Position numbers and translations under genes: made by a program | The notes under the pieces: model-generated | Told to the model about the DNA's origin: nothing | Databases searched by the model: none | The model's input: only the letters and a program-made list of their open reading frames with translations | Source of the DNA: Atractiella rhizophila | Lineage: Eukaryota | NCBI GenBank assembly: GCA_021432655.1 | Contig: MU271665.1 | Span: forward strand, 1-33,659 | DNA: 33,659 nucleotides | Direction of reading: 5' to 3' | Shown: positions 1 to 13,800 of the stretch, one piece after another | Numbering within the stretch: position 1 is the stretch's first letter | Layout: the number at the start of each line of letters is the position of its first letter

Positions 1-2045
1 AAGGGAGAGGATGGGATTGGGATTGGGAGTGGTGGTGGCGGTGGCGATGGACAGGAAGAGGAGGAGGTGAGCGAGTTTCAGTTTCGTTTCGGACGAGGAC
101 GGCGACTTAGAGGACGGTTCCTTGTAGACTTCTACTACTGTTCCTCCTCAACATCTTCCTCCGAGTCCCACGATGACACCGAAGAAGAAGGAAAAGAAGG
201 CAAACAAGGAGGAGAAGAAGAGAGAAAAGGAGAAGGGGAAGAGGTTCATTCATATCCCTCCGTTGGCGATCGCGTTCCCTGGCCCCGTGAAGGGAGTTGG
301 GAGGGGAGTGAAGGGGTTGATTGAGAAGAGAAGGAGGAAGAAGAAAGTGGTGATTGATGGCAAAGTGGAGGTCTGTCTTTCTTGCCTTTCCTGTTCAAAG
401 CCAAAACATGTGTCGATGGGAGCAGGAAGTGATTGTGGAAGAAGAAGAGGAGGACCCAGAACCAGCGCCACCGCCTCTGCCCTCTCATTTGCCCACGGAG
501 CTCCTCCTCCACATCCTGACCTTCCTCGTCCCCTCCTTCCATTCCTTCGTTCCCAACGATCCCTCATCTTTCCACCACGCCGTCTCTCCCCTCAATCCCC
601 TCTCTGGTTCAGCCCTAGAAGAGCACAACGAGTTTGTCCACACCTTCACCTGCCTACGCCTTGTATGTAGGAGTTGGTGCGAGATGGCCACCCCAGACTT
701 GTTCAAGGTGGTGTTGTATGTGGACATGGGGAATAGGAGACTGGGAGCATTGGCGAGGTGTAAAGAGGTCGCGGGGAAGGTGAGGGCTATGGTTATTGGG
801 CATGCAGCGGTTCTGGGCTTGCTCAATGATGTGGACATCGTTGATCCCATTCATCGGACAAGTGACGAAGGAGGAGAAGGGAGAGAGGAAGAAGAGGGTG
901 TGAAAGATATCGTGCCTTCCTTTGGACGGATGTTATCCAGCTTTGATAACCTCCAGTTTCTACAATGGGACCAATCCTCCATCCTCCAGATGCTTGTCTC
1001 TCTCCACCACGACGTCTCACTCTCCGCTCTCCCGTCCCTCACGTCTATCGCGATCTCGAATGAGCGTCGCTCCCCCGACATCATGAGGAACGATAATCTG
1101 CAACATATCCGAGCGTTGGACTGGAACCTGATTTCGAGGTGCATTCGAGGTATCAAGGGTTTGAAAGAACTCAAAGTGGGAGATAAGATCATGTCTCCCG
1201 CCACGATCCTCCTTCCGAGAGTAAGCGGCGTGGACTCGCACTTCCACGGCCTCTATATCTTCCCAGACTCCCTCCAATCCCTCACGCTAGGACACTCCAT
1301 CGTCACCTCCTCCAATAACTTTCCAAACCTCCTCTCCCTCATCGGTCACCAACTCACATCTCTCATCATCCGAGAATCCACCGTCTTCCCTGACCGCCTC
1401 TTCACCGGCCTCACGTACTGTGATAGACTCAAAAAGCTCACACATGTTGTCTCCAAGTATTCTCCACAAACGGCGAGAAGATATATGGACGGGATAGTCC
1501 ATATCCTCCCTCCCTCGCTTGAAGATCTGGACTTTGTCTCTGTCTTTGCGAGTGCGGAATGGGCAGAGGAATTAGAGCGTTCCCCCATCTCTACCTCACT
1601 CAGACGCCTCACGCTCAGAAACGTCTTGTCGGCTGTGGAGCCGCCAGAGAACGCGAACCAGAATACAAACGGAGCTTTTGAACCCGCTCTCGTCTGGAGC
1701 TCCCTCGTATCAGCGCTTCAGATACCCACCCCTCCTCCTCCAAACGGATATCTGAATGGAACGATGAAACAAGAAGGGTCCCGGTCGTCTTCTTCGTCTT
1801 CTTCCAGTTTCCCTTCCTCCGCACTTCCAACGTCTCAACAGCCGACGATGACGAGGACCACGCCTTTGTTGACGGCGCTAAAGGAGTTGACAATCTTGCA
1901 GACGCGAAGGTTCGGGGATTGGGACCATGAGGAGATGCCTGAGAGATGGATTGGGAAGGTGAGAGGCGTTTGCGAGAAGAGAGGCATCCGGTTGAGCATG
2001 GAGCAAGAGGATGAGATGCTGAGTTTGCCCTTAATGACAGAATAA
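1..2045 (+). CDS. F-box domain protein with LRR/RNI-like C-terminal region (5' end lies upstream of the window)
   Basis: F-box-like motif PLPSHLPTELLLHILTFL...CLRLVCRSWCEMATPDLF, followed by LxxLxL repeats (SLQSLTLGH, QLTSLIIRE, SLEDLDFV, SLRRLTLRN, ALKELTIL). Introns 67-127 (GTGAGC..TAG) and 371-425 (GTCTGT..CAG) join 1-66, 128-370 and 426-2045 in frame. Confidence 0.75.
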
Positions 2046-2349
2046 GGGAATGGAAGGGATACCCGACTGTAACCACTCGCTATTGCACTGATTGTCGAAA
2101 TATGTGATACCCATCATCGGCTCGTTCCGTTGCAAGATCACCCTGTTCTCATGCTTGCGGCGGGGAGATCAAGGACGCTACACCTGGTAGATTCGTGGGG
2201 CCTTCTGGATGATCATCTTTTGGCAGCGGCTGTTCGCTTTAGTATTCACATCGCTGATTTAGCAGTCCCAATTGAATAAGTAAGTTATATATTCTTCGAG
2301 GTATAACAGCTACTGTTACATGACAGTATCAGCGTCAACGCTGTCCAAC

Positions 2350-4800
2350 CTAATGCCGTGTTGTTGCCTAGATCGCCGAGTTTGTCAATAATCCTCTAAC
2401 CTGAGCAGGAAGAAACCACTTGCATCTGTGAGCTCAACCAATCTAAGACACTTTTGAGCATAGGCATGATCGTCTTCCACTCATTTTCAAAACGCTCCAT
2501 ATCACTCTTCAATTGTGGCAGATCGATTTCTCTCATCTCTTTGTAGGTTGTGTTGAGCCGCTGGTACATGCTCCCAAAAGCAGTGAAAGCCTTGCTATGT
2601 TTCTTGAATTCTTCATCAGCGTTTTTCTTGACTTCCGCCAATTCGGCTCGTAAAGCGTCGATGGTGGAGGAGCTATTGGAGGCTTTTTGGAGTTCTGCGA
2701 AGCGACGGTCATTTTCAGTTACACTTTGTTGATGCAAGGCCGCTTGCTCTGAGAACGATTCCTGAGTGACAAGCGAGGAGGATTGAATCTGCTGTGTTAT
2801 AGACTCTCGCACCATTGGCCGGATGGAGTTAAAGAGTTCTTCTGGTACAATGTCGCGCTTGATGAGGTTGAGCGTTTCTTCAGTCATTTTTATGTAGGAT
2901 ACGAAACGGTCCGTAACCCGAGTGATTTCCGGTGTTAGTTGATTTTTGACACTTTCGATTGACATCTGCCACTCCTGTTTTGCCTGCAGCAGAATTAAGA
3001 GCGTCCTAGCTGAAGACGACGGACTCACGGCTTGATTCTCAGTCTTAAGAACCTCCAAAGTTTCTTCCAAAACCTCAAGTCGTCTCTGCAATACATGTAG
3101 GTCAGGAATTTGTTGCTGTGCGTTCGGCATTTGAGCTCGCGGATCTTGCAGTTTATTCAAGCTCTCCAACTTTATGTTGAATTCGTTTCGCAACGCTTTG
3201 AGCTTAGCACCACGTTACAATCCGTTAAACGGTGAGAGAAAACTCGCCTCTGAAGCGCTGACACCATTGTCCTCTCCTTCCATCCGCATCCTTTTGGCGG
3301 GTCGCTCATCCAACTCCTCCCGCGATGGTCTCGCACTTGCTGCCAACTCACCCACTACCACTTGTATCTTTTCGGTTAACCTGAATGATTGTACCGCCAT
3401 AGCACTTAGATCCGTTTCCACAGCTTTCAGTTTAATATTCAGCTGATTCAGTTCCCTAACGCTCGCCGCATCTTCTCGTGATTGGAGTTGCGCACGAAGG
3501 AAGTTGTAACGATCGCGTTTGGAAACAAGGGCCTTCTTCCTTGCTAAGTGTTCGGCTTGTTCAACAACGATGTGAGAAGCTCGTTCAATGATGTCCTGCC
3601 CTATAGATTCCAGAGAACCAGACGCGGTGGGAACATCGAGGCGAGCGATGTTGGAGAGGGAGTTAGTGATAGCTTGACCGTGATCGACAGGGGGAGGTGG
3701 AGGCATCGTTCGCGCTTCACGTGCATCTCGCAGTGTCTGGTAACTTTGTGAGGCTGACGCTATGGGAGCTCCAGGGCGGAATTGGGCAGGGACGGCAGAA
3801 TCAGGTCGGGTGGAACGAGGCTGGTCTGGCCACAATGAGGACGGTGCACCTATTGGTCGCGGTAGGCTGTCCCTTTTCTGTGGTGGAGGAAGGGGGGGAG
3901 TTGGTTGACTGAAACTGGGGCGGGGTTGGCCTGGAACTACTCAGATTCAATAGGAAGGCTGAAGTCAAGTAACAAAATACATACTGGAAGATCGAGGGTT
4001 ACTGCTGGATTGACTGCCCGCTCGCTTGTTCCAGAGCTCGGGTGGACGAGTTTCTTTGCTAGTGTTGAATGGGGGCATCTAAATAGCAGAATGAGCCTGG
4101 TTTGAGACATCCAGAAATAGACCTGAATGTAGGCGATGCTGAGGGTACCAGTAGGTAATAGACCTGCATTAAGGTACCTGTTAACCTGTTCCATTCAGGT
4201 GCTACATGTGCAACATGGGGTTCTGGATGGCCAAACAGCGGTACTGATGATACAATGAAGCTGCAAATCTGAAGAAAGAATTATCATGAATATACTCAGA
4301 TGACGGCATTCCTCGAGATCACCTCCTTGGTCCTAATGGCTCGAGTTCTGGCAGTTGACTTCATCCAATTGCCCTATGAAAGACACAGACTCCTCGATAT
4401 CCACAAATAATGCTTGTATAAGATGGTTTCCCTACACAATGCATCAAATCGAATTCAAAGTAACAGGAATCTCGGCCCGTGAGACGGCATCATGCGGACA
4501 CATAGTGAAATTTTGGGACGACGCTCATAAACCTTTCTTTGATTAAGGCAGCACATAAGATGGAACGCACAGACCTCTAGCTAGGTCATGCATCAAAGAG
4601 AACGGTCTGAGTCGAGAAATTGAGAGGATCCGTTGAAGGAATAAATAATCGTTAGGCGATAAATCAACAATGATATTCTTGAACACTAAGGATGATACCA
4701 ACGCAATAAGCAAACAGATAGCGGGTAGAGAGCGGGTGACGGCTCTCCTTTGTTGATAAATTGAGGGTGCATCCACTGACACCTTCTAATGCTTATCTCT
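2350..4800 (-). CDS. Hypothetical multi-exon protein with Pro/Ser-rich middle and coiled-coil C-terminal half
   Basis: Long minus-strand ORFs 3215-3835 and 2396-3193 with heptad-like E/K/Q/L-rich sequence, separated by GT-AG introns. 5' exons and the start codon are not resolved. Confidence 0.55.
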
Positions 4801-5315
4801 GGATGATTTTCCAATCCCCACCCCACAGCATGCTCGAGAGAGCCAAAGAAACACGTACCTTGCTATTGCAATTAGTCGTTGGCTCTTGAAAAACCAACAA
4901 AGTACGCGTAGATGACGCTGTTTCTGAGCAAACGTCAAGAATGCTGGTGAATGCGACCCAAGAGGGAGGGGATCGCGACCGTCGCGTCGCTTTTGACCTT
5001 TCGAAATGAAAAGACAGCGATAGAACTCAGCAGCTGTCTATAGATATCGCTGTACCTGCAATGAGAATGAAAACGAACTGCAGACTTCAGAACTTCCCAG
5101 AATTGTCGTTGTTCCGGATCCGACTTGGGAAAAAATAGGTTTCTAAATCCGGCCTTCTGATGAGATTGCTACCCCGGACTGCGGATTCCGCATTTCGAGG
5201 ATGATCAATTTTGCCTTTCCGCCTCTCAAAAGAGCTGCCATGGGGATAGTCGAGCAACGGGTTTGCCAACTAGGCCTATTTGGGTGGTTTATCGATATTT
5301 AATAACGACAGGAGC

Positions 5316-7332
5316 ATGTTGAGCAACGCGAAGAGTGCCACTGCGAACGGGAAGCAGAAGGCGGAGGGCGAGCCGACATGGATGCATCCTTCTCAGCCTT
5401 TGGAAGAGAAAGATTTCTCAGTCGTGGTAGTTGGAGCTGGTATAACTCCCTTCTCCTTGCTCTAAACTGTCTCCTGACCAAGGCACTCGAAATGATGCAG
5501 GCATCGGCGGTCTCTGTTGTGCGATCGAATGTCGGCTTCGGGGCTTTCGAGTGATCTGTTTCGAGCAGGTCAAGCAGTTCTTGCGGCTAGGAGACACTAT
5601 AGGCATCATGCCTAACGCCTCAGTCCACCTGTATCGCATGGGTTTGCATCCTATTTTACGACCCAAATGCGGGAATAGTAGAGGTATTGAGATATTGAGA
5701 TATGATGGCAAATATCTTGTCAGTCCTACTTCCTCCCTCTCTCATTTCCGTGTGAATCATCTGGAGAAAATGTGTGCTGACACGGTCTGTAATATTGAGA
5801 ACAGGTGGATCAGAGAATGCCGAAAGAAATGGATCACTTGTTCCCTGTCCATAAGCCAATCTACGATGCTCACCGTGGAGATTTGCATGAAATCCTCGTG
5901 GAAAAGGCCAAAGAAGTTGGGGTAGACGTCAGTGCTCTCAATTATATCCCATTTCACTCCCACTGATTTCCTTCGCTCCAGCTACGACAAGGCGTCAAAG
6001 TAACTGAATACTCGGACGACACACCAGCCAAACCCTCCATCTCGTTCCTCAATCCTTCAACAGGGAAAAACGAGACGATCCACGCAGACGCCATTGTTGG
6101 GGCTGATGGAGTGAAGAGTCTGGCTAGACAGCTAGTGTTGGGGTTTGAGGACGCGCCAAAACCCTCTGGGTAGGTTCGACTAAAGTGAACGTCGAGGACA
6201 CGTCGCTAATATGGTACGTGGACAGATACGCAATCTTTCGCGCTTTCTTCCCTGGCGATGTGATACGTGACGATCCCGTCGTCGGACACCTGGTAGAAAA
6301 CCGGGTAGACAAACGGATCGTTTGGTGTGTGGCATCTCTCCTGCTTGTCTCCATTTCACTCACCTATTCGTTCGCTTCCGTTCAAGGATCGGTCCACATG
6401 TTCATTTCATCGGTGCCGGTATAAATGACACGAAAGAATATAGCTGGGTGATGACACATCCTGTGCGTCTCTCCTCCCCCCGCCATAACCTGAAACCTGA
6501 CCCCTAAACCCGTAAATTCGTAATGACAGGACGACGCGGACGTTTCTGAAGGTTGGCTCGAGAAAGGTTCGAAGGACGGCGCAATAAAGGTCATCGAAAC
6601 ATGGGACCCCGTGCTGAAGCGTCTGATCGAGCTGACGCCGCCGGACAATTTGCTCGACTGGAAATTGGTGTATCGTGATCCACTCCCGAATTGGATTTCA
6701 CCCTCTGGAAGGATAGCATTGATGGGCGAGTAGGTCTTCCCCCTTCTTTCTTCAATTAGAGTTCGTGCATCCTGATGTGATTTTTGCGTTGTAGTGCTGC
6801 TCACCCCTTCCTCCCCACATCCATTCAAGGCGCTTCCCAAGCAATTGAGGACGCAGTCACGATCTCTGTGGTGCTTGAGAAAGTGCACCAGTCCAAAGGG
6901 AAGGTGAAAGTTGAGGAGGGGTTGAGAGTATTCGAGATGTTGCGATATCAACGTGTGAAGCAGACACAGAAGACGGGAGAGACGTATGTTCTAGGTCCTG
7001 TGGACATGCGGTGGAGAAGTTGATGTCTGTTGTAATTGAACTGGATAGGACGAGGGATAAGTGGCATAAGATTGCAGATTGGGATAACATCGACCCCGAA
7101 TCAGTCCGTACCTTCGTTCCTTCCCTAGTTACTCATTCGATCCTCGTCCACAGATAAAGCTCACCCCCATGCCCGGACTCTTCGAGCATGACGCTCATGA
7201 CTACGCCCACGAGAAGTTCGAAGAGACGTTGGAACAGTTACGGTTTGTCTTCCCTCTGTTGACTTATTCTCCTCTCCTGATAGTGATTGCAGGAAAGAGG
7301 GCTATAAGAAGCCTTCAGACCGTGGATGGTAG
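5316..7332 (+). CDS. FAD-dependent monooxygenase (salicylate hydroxylase-like aromatic hydroxylase family)
   Basis: Spliced Rossmann motif VVVVGAG|IGGL, DG motif HADAIVGADGVKS, and GD-type motif ALMG(D)AAHPFLPTSIQGASQAIED. Multiple short GT-AG introns. Confidence 0.9.
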
Positions 7333-7410
7333 ATGTAAATGTACAGACAATAAATATATGCATTTCTTGTTGTAGCACCATTTCTCGTCGAACTAGAGGG
7401 ATGAGTTGTA

Positions 7411-8399
7411 TCAATTCAGCACATTCCCCTCCTCCGCGTTCTTCTCCACCCGCCTCTTTTTATGTCCACCCACATAAAATGGCTCCTCGAACAGGTCCTT
7501 CAGCCTTCGCGCCTTCTTCTCTCCTATTCCAGGACACTCGAGGAGGTTCTCTTCTACCGCTGATGCTTGCGCAATTCCATTCAAACTCTAGCGATTCAAT
7601 GCCAAAATCAAATAAACAGATGGAGTCCCAAAGGAGAGACAGGGCGAACCTTGAATCTGTTCAAGAGCGCCACCACATCTGTCTTGTTCACCCCCTTCGC
7701 ATTCATCAATACCGCTCCGACTTGACTCTGGAAGTCTTTCGGTGCGGGAGTCTTGATGCTCGTGGGAGGAGTAGAAGCTAGGGATTTGTAGAGCGTCAAG
7801 ATGTTTGCCGACTCGACGTTGGACCAGGAAATCATGAGCGTGTAGTTGTTAATTATCGCTAACTGTCATCACGGGAGGAGTCATCATCAGATAACGAACG
7901 ATAGGTGGAACATGGAATAAAACCCACTTTGGTCAGTTCCCTGATTGGAGCTTGGTGATCCGTCACATCGCATTGGACGAGCAAGATCCTCAAGTTGTAC
8001 GCTTGTCCGAGCTTCTGGAAGCGCGAATGGATGTAAGTTGGATGCAGGAGATGATATCTCAGCCTGTATCTCATTAAGCAAGGGCAGAATGGAGAGGGAG
8101 GGAACGAACGAGAGATATAACACGCCAGTCGTCAATCCCACCTGGTAGTCGCCTAAAATGTCACCGTACTCCCACGGCACGGTCTTAATAAACTGAAGCA
8201 AAGGGTTCCCTTTCTAACCCATCCGTCGACCAATCCTGGCGCGTTAAGAAAGCCATGATCGAAATGAAGAGGGACGAACCTGAACGGGCGAAACGAGGAT
8301 GGAGTTTGGGGCCGACCGCTTGATGTGCTTTGTGGGGTCTGGGCGGGATGGTTGTATGACGTTTGGCCGCGAGGAAGAGGCTGCAGAAGATGTCGACAT
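7411..8399 (-). CDS. ERCC1: DNA excision repair protein ERCC1 / Rad10 / Swi10
   Basis: Central domain VPWEYGDILGDYQVGLTTGVLYLS|LRYHLLHPTYIHSRFQKLGQAYNLRILLVQCDV and HhH motifs KGVNKTD and CPGIGEKKARRLKDLFEEPF. ATG at 8399, stop at 7411. Confidence 0.93.
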
Positions 8400-8532
8400 G
8401 GTTGTCTGATCATCAATGTTGACTCATGAACTCACAAACAAAATAGAGTTTGAATGCCTCCTTGTCATTTACAAGTTACTGAGTCATTTCCTTGTTGAAG
8501 GATCCAAACCTAACGACGACTACTGGGTAGAG

Positions 8533-10027
8533 ATGACGCGCCTGATAATCTTTGCGAATCCTCCGACAACAGCGCAGATGAGGGAGAAGAAGGGACATCG
8601 AAAGGGGAAAGAGCGGGAGAAGGAGGTTCAGACAAGCTACAAGTTGGATGTGGGCGAATGGGAAGACGTCCCTGCGCTCGATGAAGATCTATCCATTCCC
8701 ATGCTTCCGGCTCAGCAAAAAGCTAGGCTTCATGAAGGCGGAGGAAGGAGGGAGGTGACAGAGAGACCGACTAAGAGGAGGCGTGGTGCGTCTCATTGGT
8801 TTTCTGATGCATTTTTTACTGCAATTCCTCGTTCCAATATTGAGTGAAGAGCTTTACATCAGCCAGAGTTACGATAGACATCATAGCTGCAGCTTTGGTC
8901 ACATTGAACGGTGATGCTAGTGTGGTACCCGCCTCTATGAATGACGGTCTGAGCTTCTAGAGCGAGAACCAGAAATGAAGGATACAGAAGAATCGAGGAC
9001 TTGGCTTCAATGCAGGTATTGGTGCTGATGCGAATTCAAGGGGGGAAGGGAGACGAGCCACATGCGATCTCATTCGCTCCAGATGCAGGAGTCAGTGAAG
9101 GTCAGTCAACAATGCAGAAATGGCATCTCTCCATCCTTCCGCCTCCGACTCAACTTCCCCAACGAATCCCACGTGCGTCCTTTGCTCTTCTCTCTGTGTT
9201 TTCCTCTAATTTTCTCTTCTAATCACCTTCTCGTCCCTCCAGCGCTCGCAAGAGATTTCTCCCAGCTGTCCCTATCGCCTTCTCAACCTTCTCCTCTCGT
9301 TCCAAAGCCGTCAGGCCTCGTAGCTCCAGCTCCATTATCTCCCGCACAGTCTCCCGATATGTCCTTCCACACCGGTGTTGGAAATGGGAGCGGACTGCTG
9401 GAGGAGACGACGGAGGAGACCCAGTCGATAGTAACACTCCCCTCATGGATGTTCGACCTTTCGGACCTCTCGCCACTATCTCACCTCCCCGAACTCGTGT
9501 TGAACTGTCCAGAACACAAGGTCGTGACGTCGCTGTTGTGCTATGTGCTGGAGATCAATCGTCCTCGGCCATTGGACTCGCAGAGGCTGTTTGGGAAGAA
9601 GGCGAATATGAAGAGGAGCGTGTTGAGGGGCAGCTTGTTAGTCGCTGATAGGGAGGTAACGGTTAAAGTGAACGTGTGGGATGATATCGCACTGGGTTGG
9701 TGTGAGGCTTTAAGGGTGGGAGACGTCGTTTGCCTCAAAAGTCCGTTCCACGCAACACACACTTTTCCGTATGATGGATGCACTACTGATTGCTGATGCG
9801 GTGGGGAAACAGATATGACGATTACACTGTATAAATCGCAAGCTACTGCATCCGCCAGAGACGTCTCTCAAGTCCAGATATGCTATCGTACCCGTCCAAA
9901 CCGAGACGAGGACGGAGCGGGAGACGAGCACTTCAGACCAGACTTGAGAGGCGCAGAGTGGGAGGCGAGGACGAGGAGGGTAAGAGAGTTGGTGCAGGCG
10001 GTTAAGGAGGGGGGAGTGGGAGAGTAG
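8533..10027 (+). CDS. Hypothetical protein with a C-terminal OB-fold-like nucleic-acid-binding domain
   Basis: Low-complexity N-terminal half, then SLLCYVLEIN...LLVADREVTVKVNVWDDIALGWCEALRVGDVVCLK, an RPA/POT1-type OB beta-strand pattern. Ends ICYRT...FRPDLR. Several GT-AG introns. Confidence 0.65.
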
Positions 10028-10281
10028 TACAGCCCGTGTAGGAGGGGAAGATGTTTTTTGTGAGTTGAGGGAATTTCGCTCCTCCTGAACTTGATGTGCA
10101 TGCTCTTTGGAATGGTACTTCTTCTCCCAAGGTGACCGTTGTATTCATGTCGGAAGGATAAGGGATATTGCGAAAGCAAACGCATCTAATAGAGAGGTGA
10201 ATGATGATATCAAGTGCATAAAAAGGGTCTAGTAAAAATCTAGCACAGCAAGTTGTGGAATAATTTAGATGGGAAGACCAC

Positions 10282-10622
10282 CTAAATGGTAAAGCCTAGA
10301 CTTTCCATACACTCCCTATGCTTCCTCACTAAATCTCGACAATTATCCCCTTCGACATTTCCCAATCCCGGCCATTCCTTCTGATCCGGTCCAAGCCTCA
10401 AAAAGCACTCGTCACGAGCAGATTTCGTCTCCGGACAGGCGCAACAGCTAATGAAGCTCCTCAATAAGTCTCGCGCGAATAATGGAAGGAGGAAACGAAC
10501 GGCTTGATGCCCTTTGGGTTCTTGGGATTGAACGAAGGGTCTGAGAGCTTGCCTTGCTTTGGCGGTTCGGGGACTGGCTCGACAGGTGCATTCCCCCATC
10601 CAAACCATGAACTGACAGTCAT
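10282..10622 (-). CDS. COX17: Cytochrome c oxidase copper chaperone Cox17
   Basis: MTVSSWFGWG...KNPKGIKP|CCACPETKSARDEC...CRDLVRKHRECMESLGFTI: CCxC copper site plus twin CX9C motif. One intron, 10448-10500. Confidence 0.93.
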
Positions 10623-10886
10623 TTTGGGTGCTGGGAGGAAGGCAAAGGTAGTTGAAGACGTCGATGAGGATGCAGAGAGAAGTTACTCAGCGTTACGCGA
10701 AATGGCGAGACTGCAGACAAGGTTCCGTTTTTGCGCCGATCTTCTCATCCTTGCCTCGGCTTTGGAGGACTCCTTCAGCTGCACCATTCCATTACATTAT
10801 CAACCTGTCCAGGCGCCTCATCGGCTTTCTACAATTACTGTCCAACACAACATCCTGATTCTGGGTAAGATACTACGAGTGGACCG

Positions 10887-13800
10887 ATGTCAGACGCTTC
10901 TGGAGAAGAGAAGGTCGCGCTCCCTTCCTTTGCAGAGACGAATGGCCATTCTTCAAGTGCGAATGGAGGAGGAAAGAAGGCAAAGTCATGCCAGGAGTGT
11001 AGGCGGCTCAAAGTTCGTCATCTTCACTCTCTTCTCGATCCACTGTCAGATCAATCTCTCTGACCAATAAAATGGGGATAGTGTGAGTCCCTCAGTTTGC
11101 TTTTCATATAACAGAAGATCGCTGAATGAGAACTACCGTGATGCATGGATAGTGAAATGCTCGCGCACTTGGCCATGCACCAATTGTCGACGTCGAGGGG
11201 TACAGAACCTTTGCCCGTTCGTCCAACCTTTGCTCCTCTTCTCTGCCTGCCTTCGCTTCGCTAACTGCTAACCGATGCTGGTTCGCAGCGATGGCGTGCT
11301 CGAATACTCGTATGTCTTCTCCCACCGTATAATCGAAGAATTGATCGGAGGAGTCGATGGTAGGACAACGGAACAGCATCAGAAGACTTGTAGGCGACTT
11401 TTGGATCGGATCGTGGAGTTGGAGAGGATAGTGGACCTCATTTCTGGTCTGTATCTTCATCTTCTCTCTCATTCCATTCTTTTTCTGTGGAAAATTACAT
11501 GCATATTCACAAAGGAGCGACTGGACCATCCGCCAACATTATCCGATGAACGGCATGGCAAGCTCACCGGTGCCTTGGTACTCATTCTCAAATTTGTCAC
11601 CCATAGTTTGACTGCCAAAGGAAGAGGTAAAGATTACTATCATGCTGCCTCGGTGTGCAGGCCAAACCTTTGTGCCTCATAGTTACTTTTCATGGAAGCA
11701 ACGCCTGCACTAGAAAGATCTCAATATCTCACTGTGGCGAAGAGGCCACAATTTTCTCCCAATGCATATCCGAGATTTGAGACTAATGTTGAAAACAGGA
11801 GAGGAAGGTACTGGAGCGGCCTCAGGGAAACCTCTGAAACTTGACGGCGTGGATGTCGGAAAGGGGAAAGGAAAGTTGCGACTTGCACCAAACCTATTGA
11901 CGAAAGTGGCCGAACGTTCAGAGTCTGGGGAACGCTCAAGCGAGCATTCCCACGAACATGAGCATGAGGCGGATGACACGGAGGTCGAGGACGCCGAAGT
12001 GCACGACAAGAGATTCAACGACGAGATTGGGGTCCTGAACGTTTCGGAGGGCAAGCTCGACAGCGTGTACAGCTACGTTGGACATTCTGGAGCGCCGCTG
12101 CTGCTCAGCGCACATGAAGCACTTTCTGCAAGGGAGATGAAGGTATCGTTCACCTCCTGTAGTCTGAAATGTTGGCTAAGGAATTTGATAGCATTCGACG
12201 ACTATGCTTCCAGCTAACTTTATTATACCATCCCCAACAGGTTCCGCTCCAGTCGCCACTACTCTTCAACAGATGGTCGCCACATTCCCTACGGTGGACG
12301 AAGCCAGATCCCTCGCCCAATCGTTCTTCAACAACGTCTCCTGTTACTACCGCATCCTTGAGCCGAAGAATGTTTGTCGATCTAGCCCAACCTATGCCAC
12401 ATTCTTCTGACAACAGCCACGATAGGTGGACGCGGACCTCAAGACGTTATACGCCACTCAAAACTCAGACTCGAATGCCAGTACCCCGACTCCTGAAGTC
12501 TTGTTTGAAGGCGCGAGGAAACTGCATCCACACCGTTTAGCCGTTTTATGCATGATCTTCGCCCATGGATACGCCTTCTTCCCTTCCCCTCCTCGTCCTC
12601 CAACTCTGTTTTTCAATTTTGCACAAAACCTTCTCTCTTTACCATCCACCCACTTTATGTCTGCAACTACAATAAGCGCGTGCGAAACCCTCCATCTTAT
12701 GACAGCCTTCTTGTTCAATACCGGACAAACGGAGAGCCAGAATAGCGCATGGCCGCTGTTAGGTGCGTCTAGCCCTTCTGCTGGAAGAGACATGCTCATG
12801 CACAAGACCACAGGATTGTGTTTAAGGCTGGCTCAAGCTATGGGTCTTCATAAGGATTCGAGGAGGTGGCGTGGTGGAGTTGGGGAGGAGAAGTGGAGAG
12901 ATCGAGAACGAGTTTGGTTCGTATTGCTCTTGTCGCACTTCATCTTCTTCGCTGAGGAGAGAATAGGTGGGAATGTGTCAGCTACGATAGGCTACAAAGT
13001 CGTGCGTCTCTTCCCTCGCTTTTCTCACTCCTGCGTTCCCCACTCAAGAGTGAATACACATAGTCAATTTCGGACGGCCATACCTTTGCGCAAACTATCA
13101 AATGGACGCGAAACCTCCTGCTCTTCTCTTAGAGAACGCACACTTTCCCTCCGCAGATACATTCCACAATATCAGGTACGAGTTGGCAAGATGTGGGTCC
13201 CATTTTATGGGTCGTAAATTCACTGACAAGTGGCAGTCTTTGCTGACGTGAGCGACGCGTTGTGCAACGGTTCGACTTATGATCACGTCTGTAAAATCGA
13301 TCAACGCATTCGCACAATCGAGCGCACAGCTCCAGAGTTTCTGCAACTCCAGGATGGTGTCTTCAACTCCATAGAAAGGTTTCAGGCTATGGGTGTCAGC
13401 CGCGATGAATCGAAGCAGATTGTCGCTCAGCAGCACATGCTCAGTCTCTTGATTCACAAGGCATTGCTCTACCTGCATCGCCCTTGGTCAGCATGCGATT
13501 TATTTATTTCGCGGTCATCTGAGAACGTAACAGGTTTGCGAAAGCCCTTCAAACAGATGCCGATCCTATGAACAGCCCTTACGTTAGCTCGTTCGTAGCC
13601 TGTGTGACGAGCGCGAGGAAATATGCAAAAACGTTTGTATTTTCCTTCCAAGCTGTCTTTGCTCATCGACGAATAGTTCGTAAGCAATTCCGGCTGAATA
13701 GATTTCGACCGCTAAACCACCATCAGAGATTCCATCCTGCGCCAAATACCCGACATTGCAAGGTACGCATCCCGTGTTCTTATAACACAGCTGTAGGCTA

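Noticed and set aside
13..27. GGGATTGGGATTGGG as a mirrored telomere repeat or a second reversed block
   Set aside because: It reads as GIGIG in an open exon that splices normally into the F-box gene.
246..2076. Numerous antisense ORFs over the F-box gene (and over other genes in the window)
   Set aside because: Shadow ORFs of real coding sequence with no recognisable motifs.
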